64,000 bases of DNA, taken from contig JAXLNO010001394.1 in NCBI GenBank assembly GCA_038087875.1, forward strand, positions 1 through 64,000, given 5' to 3'. Below are positions 37,751-50,780 of the stretch, in pieces. Every line of letters starts with the position of its first letter. Positions within the stretch are counted from its first letter, which is position 1. Under the pieces are notes generated by a model. The model saw nothing but the letters and a program-made list of their open reading frames with translations. It ran no database searches and was not told the DNA's origin. A program made the position numbers and the translations under genes. Origin of the DNA: Malacoraja senta. Taxonomy: Eukaryota.

Positions 37751-38698
37751 AGTTGGTGGAAGCTAGGTCTCTAAAAGAAGCATTTCAAGCAGAGGTAGAT
37801 AAATATTTGATTAAATGAAGGAATAGATAGGAATGGAGAAATGGGACAGAAGAGGAGTTGACGTCAGCATAGATCAGCCATGATCATACTGAATGGGGGG
37901 GGGGGCGGGGGGGTTAGGTATGAGGGACCGAGTGGTCGACTCCTGCTGATATTTTCTTGTGTGTACTTGAATGAAACGTACAGGAGTCGTTTCACACTGT
38001 GTGTGTGAAGAGGTTCTGTGGGAAAATATAGAACTTTGGATCTGTGGGAAATATAGAAACGGAGATCATTGTTTAAAATACGGGGGGAGGGGGGCATTTA
38101 TTTAGGACATGGATGATGTATTTTCTCCTCTCGTTGAATCGGAAGTCTTTGGAGTTCTCCTGCACAAAGGGCGGTGGTCTGGTGGAAGCAGAGTCTTTCA
38201 ACATGTTTATGGCAGAGGTGGATTAATTGTGGATAAGCAAGAGGGTGAAATGTTAACGCGAGCAGACACAACATAACGCTCCAACCTGGAGCTAACCCGG
38301 TGCGAAAGTGAATGTTTCAGAGAGATGCCCTGGGTGGCGAGGAGAGTGGACAGGTGTCTCTTGAGATGGGAGGTATCTTGGATAGTTCACCTCGCGTCAA
38401 ATACGACTCTCTGCCTGCAGCAGCTGGTTTAGGGTCCGTGGGCCATGTGGTGGGGAGGGGGAGTGGAGATCCGGAGTGGCATTTAACGTTGCGCCAGAAT
38501 AGTAAATAAAAGGCTGCACATCATCGCACCAAATGGAACCGGTAGCTTGTATGAACTATCAACTTATGACTCACTCCAACATTCTCCGTGCTTATTTCAC
38601 ATTTTCATCGTCTGCACTCGACTGGAGCGGGGGCGGCTGTGAGATCAAACGCCAGCATCTTAGTCGCCTGGCTGAACGTAACCCTCCAACACCTCAAC

Positions 38699-39161
38699 AT
38701 GAAGTCGGTCGTGGCTGTCATTTTATTTATCTCCTTTCTCGGTCAGTGGTATGAATGTTAACGACAATTTTCATGAGCCTTTCGCTGTCCCCTTGTGAAA
38801 TAATTCGATAACTTTGTGCTTTTTTCTCCCACTCCCCCCCCCCTCCCAAGCAGGTAAATCGGCGCCTCAAACATTGATACAGTCCCAGTTATCGATCACC
38901 AAAGATGCCACAAAATCTGTGCGCTTTCACTGTGAATTTCAAAACATAGCGTCCAGCGAAGCTGTTATACATTGGTACCGGCAGAGGCAGGGAGAAGGGC
39001 TGCAGCGGCTGTTGTATTTTAATAAGCCATCGGACCAACAGAACGACGTGTCCGACCAAAGGTTATTTGTTGGAAAAGTTATTGAGACTAAATCATGCAC
39101 TCTGATCTTGAAGACCATCCGGGCGAACGACGCTGGTACATATTACTGTGCTTACTGGCAA
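38699..39161 (+). CDS. TRGV: TCR gamma V gene V3, same subgroup as V1 (leader 38699-38741, intron 38742-38853, V exon 38854-39161)
   Basis: Leader MKSVVAVILFISFL, GTCAGT donor, cag acceptor and an open exon ending DAGTYYCAYWQ. It shares 71/103 aa with V1 by hand count. Confidence 0.95.
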
Positions 39162-39200
39162 CACAGTGGCCGAGAGCGACGGGAAACCAGTACATAAACC
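39162..39200 (+). other. 23-bp spacer recombination signal of V3
   Basis: Consensus heptamer CACAGTG, 23 nt, nonamer ACATAAACC. Confidence 0.95.
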
Positions 39201-39340
39201 CAACTTATACCAATGTTATCCATTGTGCTCGTTTAACTTGTTCAAAAACAATTAACAGGTGTGGTGCATGCAGATCTCCGTCTACGGTAAACGCAGATGT
39301 TCAAAATGTGAAATAAGCACGGAAAATGAAGGAAATAGTC

Positions 39341-39727
39341 ACAGGTTTATAGGTCATAGAAGCAGAATTATGTCATTCGGCCCTTCGCATCTACTCCACC
39401 ATTCAATCATGGCGGATGTATCTATCCTTCTCAAAACCATTCTGCCTTCTCCCGCATAACCTTTGACCCCCTTACTGATCAAGAATATGTCAAGCTCCGC
39501 TTAAAAAATACCCAATGACGGCCTCCGCAGCCGTCTGTGGCAATTAATTCCACAGATTCACCACTAAAGAATTTACCCCTCATCTCCTTTCTAAAGGTAC
39601 GCCATTTTATTCTGAGGCTGTACCCACTGGTCCGAGACTCACCCAAGAGTGGAAACATCCTCTCCACATCCACTCTATCCAGGCCTTTTGTTTATTCGGC
39701 GTTTCAATGAAGTACACCCTCATCCTC
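39341..39727 (-). mobile_element. CR1 3' fragment, paralogous in position and truncation point to 724-1120
   Basis: Same family as the V1-flanking copy; both end at ...ttcaatgar gtac.cc.ctcatcct. Confidence 0.85.
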
Positions 39728-40678
39728 CAAGAAGTGTGATGAAATGTACCCACTTGCCTGGATGAGTGCAGATCCAACAACACTGGATTCTTGGCAGCTA
39801 AGTGTTTGAAACCCACCGATATCTTCACTCCCACGAAGACCTCTGCATTATGGCCGCAGTGTTTGTGATACACACAGATTTGAGTCAAAACCAAGGGAGT
39901 ACCATGGGAGCACCTTCACCACGCCGACTCTAAAGGTTCAGGAAGTGGGTCACCTCAGTAAAAAAACATGCATGGCATAAATTAATGCAAATACAAATTG
40001 TATTTGACGTGCGACTGCATTTAATTGACCCCTTCTCATCCTTTATTAAACAGTCACAAGTAACAACTTTCAAGCATGCCCTTTCCACCCAAGAATGTGC
40101 TCTAAGATAGCCGTCCGCAGGATTTACAAATCAATCGCCCCTGCCCTGTTCTGATCACCCCTCCTAAAGCAGGTTCTGTTTTCACCCCGCAGCTTCCTGT
40201 CCGTGTGATGTTGCACCAACGGGGAATCTGTGATCCCAGACAGATATTATTTTCACTTCACTTCTCCTTACATTAGCTGTAGGGTTTCAGGGGAACGGGG
40301 CAAGCGGAGTGCGCATTAGGGAAGAGTGTTAATCGATGAACATTACCGGACAAAAATGCTTGCTGAACTAAAGGAGTGAGAACATTTTGACCAGTGAGCA
40401 GATTGTAAGGAGACGCTTTCTGGAAGGTTGTAGAAGTTGTTTCTTGGATGTTTATGGAATAGCTGCCATCGGTAGCTCAAGGGGAAGAGTCCCGAGTGCA
40501 GAGCTCATGCACCACGTGATTAGAAATCGTTCTTTCAAATTCTAGAGGAAGCTAGAACCGAGTCTCTTTACAATTAAGAGAGTCCTTAATAATGCTCTTC
40601 TGTCATAGCTGATATGGACAAATGAACATACGGATGGCCTCCTGCTCAACGACATCTCATCCAACGGGTCAGCTCAGA

Positions 40679-41430
40679 TAGATAGGCACAAAATGCTGGA
40701 GTCACTCAGCGGAACAGGCAGCATTTATATATAGAAGGAATGGGTGAAGTTTTGGGTCGAGACCCTACTTCAGACTGAAAGTCAGGTTAGAGGGACACAG
40801 AGATAAGGAAGTGTAGGGTGTGAAAACGAGACATCAAAGGGGATGTAGATCAAGGCAAATGTATACATTTGATCCAATGTCAGATCCTCGCCTGGATCCA
40901 AAGTAATAAAAGTAATAAACACACTTCAAGGACACTGAACATATACACTTTCGTTTATTCGTCCGGCATTCCTTTACATCCCGCCAACATGTATATACAT
41001 TGTTAGCTAGGAGAAGCTGACAACGAAGAGATAAAATTTAATCAGGGGGGCAATCAGGCTCGTCAGAGTACGAGGAAGGGAAGGAATGGAGAGAGAGGGA
41101 AAGCACGCGTTACTTGAAGTTAGAGAAGTCAATATCCATACTGCTGTGGTGTAAGCTGACAAGCGAAATATGAGGAGCTGTTCCTCTAATTTGCACTACC
41201 CCCACTCTGAGGAGGCCCAGGACAGAAGGGTAAGTGTTGGAACGGGAAGGGGAGTTAAAGTGTTTAGCAACCAGGAGATCAGGCAGGTTCAGCGAAACGA
41301 TCGCCGAGCCTACGCTTGGTCTTGCGGATATATAGGAGTCTACAACTGGAACTGTGGATACAGTAGATGAGGTTGGAGAAGATGCAAGTGAACCACTGCC
41401 TCACCAGAAAAGACTAGCGGGTTTGTGAAC
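40679..41430 (-). mobile_element. Penelope-like element 3' fragment
   Basis: Homologous to 33614-34150 (gaagtcaatat.cata..ctg..gcgaaatatgagg), with a mutated hammerhead core at about 40745-40773. Confidence 0.75.
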
Positions 41431-42469
41431 CTCTGTCTCTCGTGAAAAGACTGGTGGTTTGGGGCCGAATCGGGAATCTTGTTGGCGGCGAGGCAGTACC
41501 AGGTTCAGTGCAGTAAACGCTCCGACAGTCAATATGAGGAGAATCTTTCTGTGGTTGTGGAGTAGCTCCTGGATCGCATTATTCTGATTATCACATCATT
41601 CACGTCAAAAGATTGGAATAAAGTGGCCAGGAAAATTATGTTGGGATGTCGGGATCCGGAGCAGCACCTCTTTGCTGAAGTTACTTACACCAACCATGTT
41701 GCAAGGGTTTTGAGGATTTAACATAGCAGCGATAAAGGAAGGAGAGAACTGTTTAAATGTGGGTGGTTTGTGACTGATCAGGCTTAGGGAGGGGATGGCT
41801 GCCTTCATCACGTTACATAAGCAAGGAGAAGATCGAACCAGATGATGGCGCAGAAAAAATCCTCTTATTGACTGGGGTGGATTTCTTCTAAAATATCATT
41901 TTCCGCACAGTAACAACATTTTGCAAGAACTCGGCGGGTCAAGCATCATCTGAAATGGGGGATGAACATGGAACGTTTCTACGTGCTCCATAGATGCTGC
42001 CACACCATCTGAGACGTTAGCACTTGGTGTCCTTTTATGTAAGGATTTCGTAATGTAAGGAAGAAGGGTTTCGGCCCGAAACGTTGCCTCTTTCCTTCGC
42101 TCCATAGATGCTGCCGCACCCGCTGAGTTTCTCCAGCAATTTTGTCATCCTTTTATGTAAACCAGCTTCTGCAGTTCCTCATTTCTGCAGATGTTTCAGG
42201 TTGGGACACATCTTTAGATGGAGTCAGAAGAAGTGTCCCGGTCGAAATGTCGTCTGTCCATTCCCTCCTCACATGCGGCCAGACCAGCTGGGTTCATCCA
42301 GCACCCCGATTTTAGCTCTAGATTCCAGCATCTGCGGTTCTTTTTAATGTCTGCAAGTAACAAAATATATCGGGTACAGTGGGCGGCACCGTGTCGCAGC
42401 GGTAGAGTTTACAGCGTCAGAGACTACAGCGCCTGAGACACGGGTTCGTTTGTGACAAGTGCGACAAGT

Positions 42470-43065
42470 TTATTTCGAGAAGACTGGAATATAAAAACAG
42501 GGATGTAACGCTGAGGCTTTATAAGGCACTGGTCAGACGGCATTTGGAATATTGTAAGCAATTTTGGGCCCCTTATCTGAGGAAGGACTGCGGGCTTTGT
42601 AGTGGATCCAGAGTAGGTTAATGAGAATGATCCCAGGAATAATTGGGTTAATGTATAATGAGCGGTTGACGCCAATGGGCCCATACTCGATGGGTTTAGA
42701 AGTGTGAGTCTGTACAGATTGGATGCGCAGAGGATGTTTCCATTAGTGGGAGAGTTTGGGGCCAAAGGCCATTGCCTCAGAATCAAAAGACGTGTCTATA
42801 TAAAGAGGATGAGGATTAATCTCTTTAGTCAGTGAGTGATAAATCTGGGGAATTATTTGCCACAAAATGCTGTGGAGGCCAAGCCAATGGATATTTTTGT
42901 CGGGGATTGATATATTCTTGATTAGTACGGGTGTTGGGGGTTATGGGAAGAATACAGGTGAATGGGGTTGAGAGGGAAGGATAGATCCGCCATGGTTGAA
43001 TGGCGGAGTACATTTGATGTTCCAAATGGTCTAATTCTGCTCCCATAACTTACGAACCTATGAAC
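42470..43065 (+). mobile_element. CR1 3' fragment
   Basis: [19 protein letters not shown]-like sequence running to the 3' UTR with a cttacgaacctatgaac tail. Confidence 0.75.
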
Positions 43066-43430
43066 TGACTACAGGTGCTGTCTGCCCGTGACCACGTGGG
43101 GTTTTTGCTGGGTGCTCCGGTTTCCTCCCACACTCCAAAGATGTACAGGTTTATAGGTTAATTGGCTCCGGTAGGCGAGTAGGATAGTGTTAGTGTACAG
43201 GGTGATCGCTGGTCGGTGCGATTCGGTGGGTCGAAGGGCCTGTTTCCGTGCTGTGTCTCGAAAATCTAAAGACGAATCTCGAAAGGTTAGAAACGGGGTT
43301 AGAAGGCGTGGTTTGTGCCAGAAGCGACTGTCTGATCGAGAGAAAGTAGGACTTGATGATTGACGGTATTTATATGCAGCCAGACCAAGTTGAGACAGAT
43401 GTTAGATCCTGTCACAACCCGACAACCAGC

Positions 43431-43877
43431 ATGCGGCCGTGCTCTGTCGGTTTCGTGATGTTTTTTCTCCGTATGTCGATTCATTTTCCATCCACTCGTT
43501 GTCTGATTTCTTCAGTCATGGGTTTTGTTCTTTGTTTCTACATTCTAAAGTTATACTTTTGAATTCTCTCTTCACAGGCAGATATCTTGTTGAAGGTATA
43601 ACACAGCAACAGATGTCCCTCGTCTCAGTGGGAAATAAAAGTATCACAATCACATGCGACCTGGAGGAAGCGTCCGCGACCGTCATCCACTGGTATCGGC
43701 AGCCAGCGGGCCAGCGGCCAGTCAGGATCCTGTATTATGAAACTGGGGTCAACAACCGGGATGGTGGATTTGAGAACAGATTTACAGCGCGACATGTTGT
43801 GGCTAAACAGTATTCTCTAACGGTGGACGCTCTCAAGAGAGAAGACTCCGCCACCTATTTTTGTGCATATTGGGATA
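43431..43877 (+). CDS. TRGV: TCR gamma V gene V4 (leader 43431-43470, intron 43471-43577, V exon 43578-43877)
   Basis: Leader MRPCSVGFVMFFL, phase-1 GTATGT donor and ttcacag acceptor. The open exon reads ITC..VIHWYRQPAG..NRF..EDSATYFCAYWD. Confidence 0.95.
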
Positions 43878-43916
43878 CACAGAGTTAAACAGCAACCGAC
43901 GTCGCTTACAAAAACC
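43878..43916 (+). other. 23-bp spacer recombination signal of V4
   Basis: CACAGAG 43878-43884, 23 nt, perfect nonamer ACAAAAACC 43908-43916. Confidence 0.95.
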
Positions 43917-44689
43917 TTCGCACACCTCAATGCACTTATCACACATACCACTTCCGACTCACACAGAATTCGCAACTGACAAGAAAACCCCCTTCGTCTC
44001 TCTTCAGATGAAGATGTTTTCAACCTAATGCAACCAAAGTACCAAACGAGCCTCGTCGGCCATTCAGAAATTACACTTAGACTTTACATAGTCAATGATT
44101 TGTCGCTCACGAAAAGGTTACAGGTAGTGCATTGGGTGAAATATCGCATCGACTCCCCCCCTCCCCCCACCTCACCCCACTCACAGGGATCAGGCGAAGT
44201 CCACTGCCCTATTTACAGTTCACAATGGTAGCCTCACCTCTACCACCCCCCTCCCCTCAGCCCCACGGGGTTCGTGGAAATCTCGTTCTTCCCCTCTGTA
44301 TCTGCACGGCCTCTCCTTTTTACCCGCGGCACTGTCCTAGAGCTGCCCGACGTGGGTTCGCCTCTCTCTATATATTTAGCTTGAAAGTCTGTTCTTTAAG
44401 ATTTTGGGGGGCAATCAAACATCCTATATTAGTATGCAACCCGGAAACTTGGGTCATAGTTATACAACACGGATACAACACGGAAAGATCGCCTTCGGGC
44501 CATCTTTGCTCCACATCTCTTAATGTCGCCTCAACACCTGAAAACCTAGCAATCTTTGTCTTGGTTATATTGGGCCACTGGGCATCCCATTGGAGAAAAT
44601 GTCCATGAAATTCTTCTCAAGTCTATCGTGAATGGCTGACCCGTGAGATACTTTGTGATTGTGACCCATGACTTTAGACTTTAGACATT

Positions 44690-44995
44690 AGTGATGCAGC
44701 GTGGAAACAGGCCTTTAGGCCCACCGAGTCTGCGCCGAACAGCGATCATTCCGTACACTAGCACTACCCTACACACTAGGGAACTTTACAATTTTTTTTT
44801 TACCAAAGCTTATTAACCTACAAACCTGTACGTCTTTGGAATGTGGGAGGAAACTGAAGTACCCCGAGAAAACCCATGCGGTCACAGGAAGAATGTACAA
44901 ACCCCGTAGAGACAGCACCCGTGGGTGGTCACAAGGTCGAACCCACATCTCTGGCGCTGTGAGGCAGCAACTCTACAGCTGCGCCACTGTGCTGC
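44690..44995 (-). mobile_element. V-SINE (HE1-like)
   Basis: The reverse complement contains box A tggcgcagctg and box B ggttcgacc plus the V-core. Confidence 0.8.
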
Positions 44996-46189
44996 CATGG
45001 TTCCATACAATCCAGTCAAGGGAGACATTAATGTCACCAGCCCATTACAAATGTGTACGTTCAATGAGATTCATCCTTCTAAATTCTAGAGAGTTTAGAT
45101 CTTGTCTGCCTAATCCCTCTTAAGAGGACAAACCCGCCATCCTAGGATTCAGTCTGGTAAACCTTTGTAAATTTCCTCGAATCCTTAAATAAGGAGATAT
45201 TCCAAGTGTGATTACACCAGGGCACTACATGAAAGCCTCAAATCCACTTACCAAGAAAGGCAAACATACTATTTGCTTGTTAGATCTTTATATTAGCATC
45301 CATGTTTTTTGTGCAAAGGCCCCCCTGAACCATCTCAACACCAACACCCTTCAATCTCTCACCATTAAAAAAAACTCTGCTTTCTATTTTGATCAAAGTG
45401 GATGACATTACATTTTCCACATAATGTTGTATCCACCATGTCTGCTCCTATTTTACCAAATGATCTATAACTTCTGTAACCCGACTACCCTCCACACTAA
45501 CCACTAGTATCTACATTATTTGTAAACTAACTTATCATACTTCCTATATTAATATCCACGTTGTCATGTGCCCAAACATCATATCCACGATGTTTGGGCA
45601 CATCGCGAGGGCCCAAAAGTTTAGAGTTGATGAGATCCAATGGAATTTGGCAAATTGGCTTGGGAACAAGAGGCAGAAAGTAATGGTGGATGAATGGTTG
45701 TTTTATGACCAGAAACCTGTGACTAGTTATGTAAAACAAGGTTGGTGCTGCAGGCCTTATTGTTTGTCGTTTTGGCCAGAGTCATTAAAAAAATTGCAGG
45801 CAGAAACAGGAAAGTGAGAATGAGGGCAAGATTAGATCTGTCATTAATTAATTGAATGACAGAACAGTTGTCCCAGTGGTGCTTTTGCCCTTTAGCTGCA
45901 CCTATTTCTTATGCATTTGCCCTAATTTTTCTCTTCAAACACACAGATAATCTCAGCACTGGACACGTGTTACACATGCTGTCTCTGCAAAGTTCTTTAA
46001 ATTCACAGGCCAGGTAAGCCAGAAAGGAACACCAGTGTCCTCCACTTGACCAGCTTCCTAGTATAAAGGCTCTAAAAATGGTGGTCAGCCAGGTTACATC
46101 ACTTGCAACAGGCTCACAACACAGACATACAAACAGATCCACATATGCATTCTGAGCAATGGTAGACCCCTTCCCTACTCTGCCGTTCA

Positions 46190-47190
46190 GTGGTTGAACT
46201 AATTGTAAAATCGTCTCCACATTCCAGGTTCACAGGACTGATATCTGGAATGCCTATCAAAGGTGCCTATTGCTTCCTCTTTCCCCTCACTTTTGGAAAT
46301 CAGATCACCTGACTCTGCTTCTTCTTTCTGCAAATAGGCAGCGACTGAAGAATGCAGCTCCAGCAGTGAGAACAGCACAGAACTGGTTAGGGAGGGGGTG
46401 GGGGGGGGGGGTGGAGAATTGCTTGGGATCAGTAGAGTGGGCAAATTTCGAGGACGTGGCATTGGACATAAAAGATTACACCATGATTCTTTCCAACTTC
46501 ATAATGAAATATGTGGAGGAGTGTGTTCCCACCAAAACCATCCGAGTGCTCCCCAACCAGAAGCCATGAATGAACCAGGATGTCTGCAATTACTGAGGAC
46601 CAGATCTTAGGCATTCCAGTCTGGCAATGGAGGTTTGTGTAGGCAGTCCAGGTATGACTTTAATAAGGCCATCAAAACTGCAAAGGGACACTTTCATTCT
46701 AAATTGGAGGGTGAGACAGACAATTAGCAGCTGTGGCAGGGCTTGCATCCCGTCACTTCCTGGAAGACAAAAACAAGTGGTGTCTCAAACAGCAGTGAGG
46801 CAACACTCCCAGCATGAGCTCAATGCTTTCTACACATGGTCTGGGAGAACACCAATATGCCCCATGGCACAGTAATCTTATGGTAATAATAAAAAGGTGT
46901 ATATCAGGCTGTTATTCGTCAACTACAAGTCCGAGTTTAACCATCATCTCCTCCAAACTTGTTGTCAAGTTCAGGGAACTGGATCTTTGTATATACCTTT
47001 TCAACTGTATTCTTGACTTCCTCATCAATAGACCACAATTAGTACAGATTGGCAAGAATTCCTCTTCAATAACCATCTGCACAGGAGCACGACTCCTGCA
47101 TGACTGTGTAGCCAGATACAATTCCAACACCATCTTTATATTTGCTGCAACATCACAGTTGTTAGACAAATTACTGGTAATGATGAGTGT
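46190..47190 (+). mobile_element. Rex1/Babar-like LINE fragment
   Basis: Frameshifted pieces FWKSDH..., YVEECVPTKTIRVLPNQKP, L.C.WILDFL..RPQ.V.IG. Confidence 0.7.
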
Positions 47191-48914
47191 GTAAGAAGGA
47201 GCTGCGGATGCTGGTTTAAACCGAAGATAGACACAAAAAAACTGGAGTAACTCAGCGGGACGGGCAGCATCTCTGGAGAGAAGGAATTGGTGACGTTTCG
47301 GGTCAAGAACCTTCTTCAGACTGGTTAGGGATAAGGAAAAATGAGAAATATAGACGGTGATGTGGTGAGATAAAGAACAATGAATGAAAGGTATGCAAAA
47401 CAGTAACGATGATGAGTTGGATCATATGAGGGAGATTTAGGTTTAGGTTTATTATTATTGCATGTACTGGGGTACAGTGAATAGCATTGTTTTGTATGCT
47501 ATCCAAACAGATCAGATATGCCATACATTGACACAATAAATTCAAATTCAGTTACAATAGGCAGAGCAAAGTGGAAGCTATAAAGTGCAAATTATATATT
47601 CTCAGCATTGTAGCGTTGTTCCTTCTCAGTTCCTTAGGCAAAGTCCAATGTCCTATATGGGGTAGAGGTGGATCGGTCAGTACCTAGGCTTATAAACTCC
47701 CTACCATCGAAGGGATCTATAGAAGGCCCTGCCTTAAAAGTACAGCCAGATTACCATTGAAGACCCACACCACCTTGGCCATGCTTTCATTTCACTGCTA
47801 CTATCAGGAAGAAGGTATAGGCCAGAAAAACATGATCCCTAGGTTCAAGAACAGCTTCTTCCCAACACCATCAGGCTCTTGAACACTACAAAATGCCAAA
47901 ATACGAAGGACTTTGGGGTTTTATGTAATACTGCTGAGGTTATTATTTTTTTAATTTTCTTTTTTCTTTATTATATGTTATCTATGAGTTATATTCACAG
48001 GCCTATTATGCTGTTGCAAGTAAGATTTTTATTGTTTTGTTTTTGGTACATGTGACAATTAAACACTCTTGCCTCTTGACTCTTGATGGTACTGTTGTAT
48101 TAAAAAGAGATTTGGTTGATTAGTTTGTATTCTCTTAAATTCAGTAAAATTAGATATCTCATTGAAATATACAAAAATCTACCAGGGCTCAAAAAGCTGG
48201 ATTCAGTGAGAATATTTCCACTCGCTGAGAGATTCTGGAACTGGGAGTCATAGTGTCAGTATTTGAAATAAGTAATTCAGGGCTGAGATGAGGAGAAATG
48301 TTTTCATCGGGTGTCTATCTCCCTCCGTCTTAAAAATACACTATCTCGGGAAGAAAGTTGCAAGGACTCACAAATCCATCTGGGAGAGAAAAAATACACC
48401 TTACCTCTTCTTAACTGAGTGACCTTTCTTAATAAACACTGACCCATGGCACTAGATTCTCCCATAAGAGGGAACAACCTCTCTGCATTCACCCTCAAAG
48501 ATCTTACAAGTTGAAATCATCTAAGCTCCAACAGATGCAAGTCAGGCCTATGCAATCATTCCCCATAAGTCAATCTAACCACTCCTTGCATTTGTAGTAA
48601 AACAAAACATTGTCAATTTTCCTTATTATTTTCTGAGAACATTTGTGAATCATGTTCTAGAAACCCAGATCTTTCTGCATGCCAGGACTAAATCTCACCA
48701 GAATTTCTTTTTGCCAAAATGGACAATTTCACATTTTTATTCATTACAGTGCAGACATTCTGCTCCAGACTTAACCAGGTCAAGAGGCTACCAGGAGGTC
48801 AAAGAAGGCACTTCAAGTATATTCTCAGAGCTCCCAGGATGTCACTGAGCTCTTTGTGCCAAATAGAACAGCACGTTTGGGAGCAGCGGAGGGGAAGTGA
48901 TCAAGTGAATTGAG

Positions 48915-49250
48915 GGAAACTGTAAAGAGAGGTGGCACATTAGTGAGCAGTACTGCATCACAGCTCCAGGTGCCTGGGTCTGATTCTGACCTTGGGTACT
49001 GTCTGTGTGAAACTTGCATGTTGTCCAAATGTGTTTCCCGTGTGGTCTGGTTTCTCTGTACATCCCGAAGGCACACTGGTAGGCTAATTGGCTATTTTTA
49101 TGCATTACATGGCAAAAGAAACAAAATTGGGTCATTTAGGGTATTTGATAGAGAATACATTGCACAGTACAGGGGAATAAGGAGAAGGAAAATGGGACTG
49201 ATGGGATTGTTTTTGCAGGTAGCTGCCGAGGACTTAGTAGGGTGAATGGA
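48915..49250 (+). mobile_element. V-SINE (HE1-like, degenerate)
   Basis: Box A-like tggcacattagtg and V-core tgtgtgaaacttgcatgttgtcc. Confidence 0.65.
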
Positions 49251-49999
49251 ATGCAATAAAAAGGCAGAAGAATGCAGAATTTACAAAAATACCAACTCAC
49301 CTTCCTTATTAAGCATTAACTGTCCTGTCCATGGTAAAGTCTTCAGGACCCACAAGTCAACATAGTGAAACCGATGGGCACACCTTGATTACTTCAATAA
49401 AGGCTTATTATAGGTGGAGCAAATGAACATAGAGCCGGGATCAGTGCATGGGACTATGAAGTTGTGGCCACTATGGAGACTTGGTTACGAGAGGGATAGG
49501 ACTAACTGCTCAACGTTCTGGAGTTTCAATGTTTTAGACATGATTGAGAGGGAGGTATAAGAGGTGGAGGAATTGCCTTTCTAATCAGAGAGTATGCAAC
49601 AGTGGTACCCAGGGACAATATAACGAAAGGCTCATCCACGTGACCAAATGGGTAGAGCTAAAAAATAAGTAAGGTCGTGATAGCCATTCAAGGAAGATAA
49701 TTGGCTCGGCATCAAGGACAGAACTGGGAATGGGAATAATTGGGTGTGCTTTAACACATGGACTAAATGGCAGCCACTCTTCAATGATTATCTGGTTACA
49801 ATACATTAAAATCAGTCCCACGTTCTGCTCATAGTCCTGCCTCAGTGTGGCTTCCCATATCGGCATACAGTGTGTATTGTGCACCCAATGCAACTGAACC
49901 TTTGGGCATCCGATCAATGGTGGAAGCTTCTTAATTTGAATTAGAAAATTTAATTGGATACCTCTTAATTGGAATTAGAACATTTAATTGGACGCCTCT

Positions 50000-50535
50000 T
50001 TGAAGGAATGCTCCATCCAAGACCGCAATAAATTGCAGCGAATTGTGGACGTAGCCCAGGACAACACATAAACCAACCTCCCTTCTATTGACTCTATTTA
50101 TACCTCGCGCTGCCTCGGCAAGGCCAGCAGCATAATCAAGGACGAGTCGCATCCTGGCCACACCCTCTTCTCCCTTCTTCCATCAGGCAAAATATATGGA
50201 AGTGTGAAAACGCACATCTCCAGATTCAGGAACAATTTCTTGCCAGCTGTTATCAGGCAAATGAATCATCCTACCACAAGCAGAGAGCAACGCTGAACTA
50301 CTCTGTACCCCTTTGGTGCCCCTCGGACGTTCCTTGATAGGACTTTGCTGGCCTTACCTTGCACTAAACGTCGTTCCCTTGAACGGCATTGCAAATGCAC
50401 TGTAATACACTCTAAATGCAGTGTACACTATATGGCTCGATTGTAATCACGTATTGTCTTTTTACTGGCTGGATAGCATGTAACAGAAACTTTTTCACTG
50501 TACCTCGGTACACGTGACAATACACAAAACTGAAC
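50000..50535 (-). mobile_element. Rex1/Babar-like LINE 3' end
   Basis: The reverse complement matches the DPSHP.H.LF..LPSG.R motif region also seen at 56625-57040; (actga)n tail. Confidence 0.65.
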
Positions 50536-50693
50536 TGGACTGAATTAGAACTAGCATAGGTGTGATAGCCTGACAGACTTTTCTGATTCTCTGCTTGGGC
50601 AATCAGTGCACTCTCGAATTATTGTATCAGGTCCTAGGTCATTTCCGCTATATTCTGGGGATGTGAGATTGTGAGGTTAAACAATGAGCAATC

Positions 50694-50721
50694 AGTTATT
50701 ATGAGCTGATTTAATGTTGTG
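50694..50721 (+). other. Non-canonical 12-bp spacer RSS of candidate J0
   Basis: Nonamer AGTTATTAT 50694-50702 (7/9 to the J2 nonamer GGTTATTGT), exactly 12 nt, heptamer TGTTGTG 50715-50721 with the essential GTG/CAC kept. Confidence 0.55.
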
Positions 50722-50780
50722 GTGTGCGAGCGATGGGAAACAATATTGTTTCGGATTTGGAATCAAACTGGTTGTAACAG
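50722..50780 (+). CDS. TRGJ: Candidate third TRGJ segment (J0): CASDGKQYCFGFGIKLVVT
   Basis: FGxG motif followed by xKLxVT and a phase-1 G|GT. Its 59 nt compare with 57 nt for J1 and J2, and a 12-RSS lies upstream. The donor GTACAC is weak. Confidence 0.65.

Noticed and set aside
39985-40300. Octamer plus TCACC..AAAG read as an snRNA DSE/PSE promoter
   Set aside because: The PSE spacing is off and no recognisable snRNA or Sm site follows.
41906-41944. Isolated heptamer CACAGTA between V3 and V4; similar CACAG hits at 43602 and 57990
   Set aside because: No acceptable nonamer at 12 or 23 nt, and no V reading frame upstream.
50580-50636. ..LGQSVHSRIIVS G|GT resembling a J 3' end
   Set aside because: There is no FGxG, the donor GTCCTA is poor and no RSS is present.
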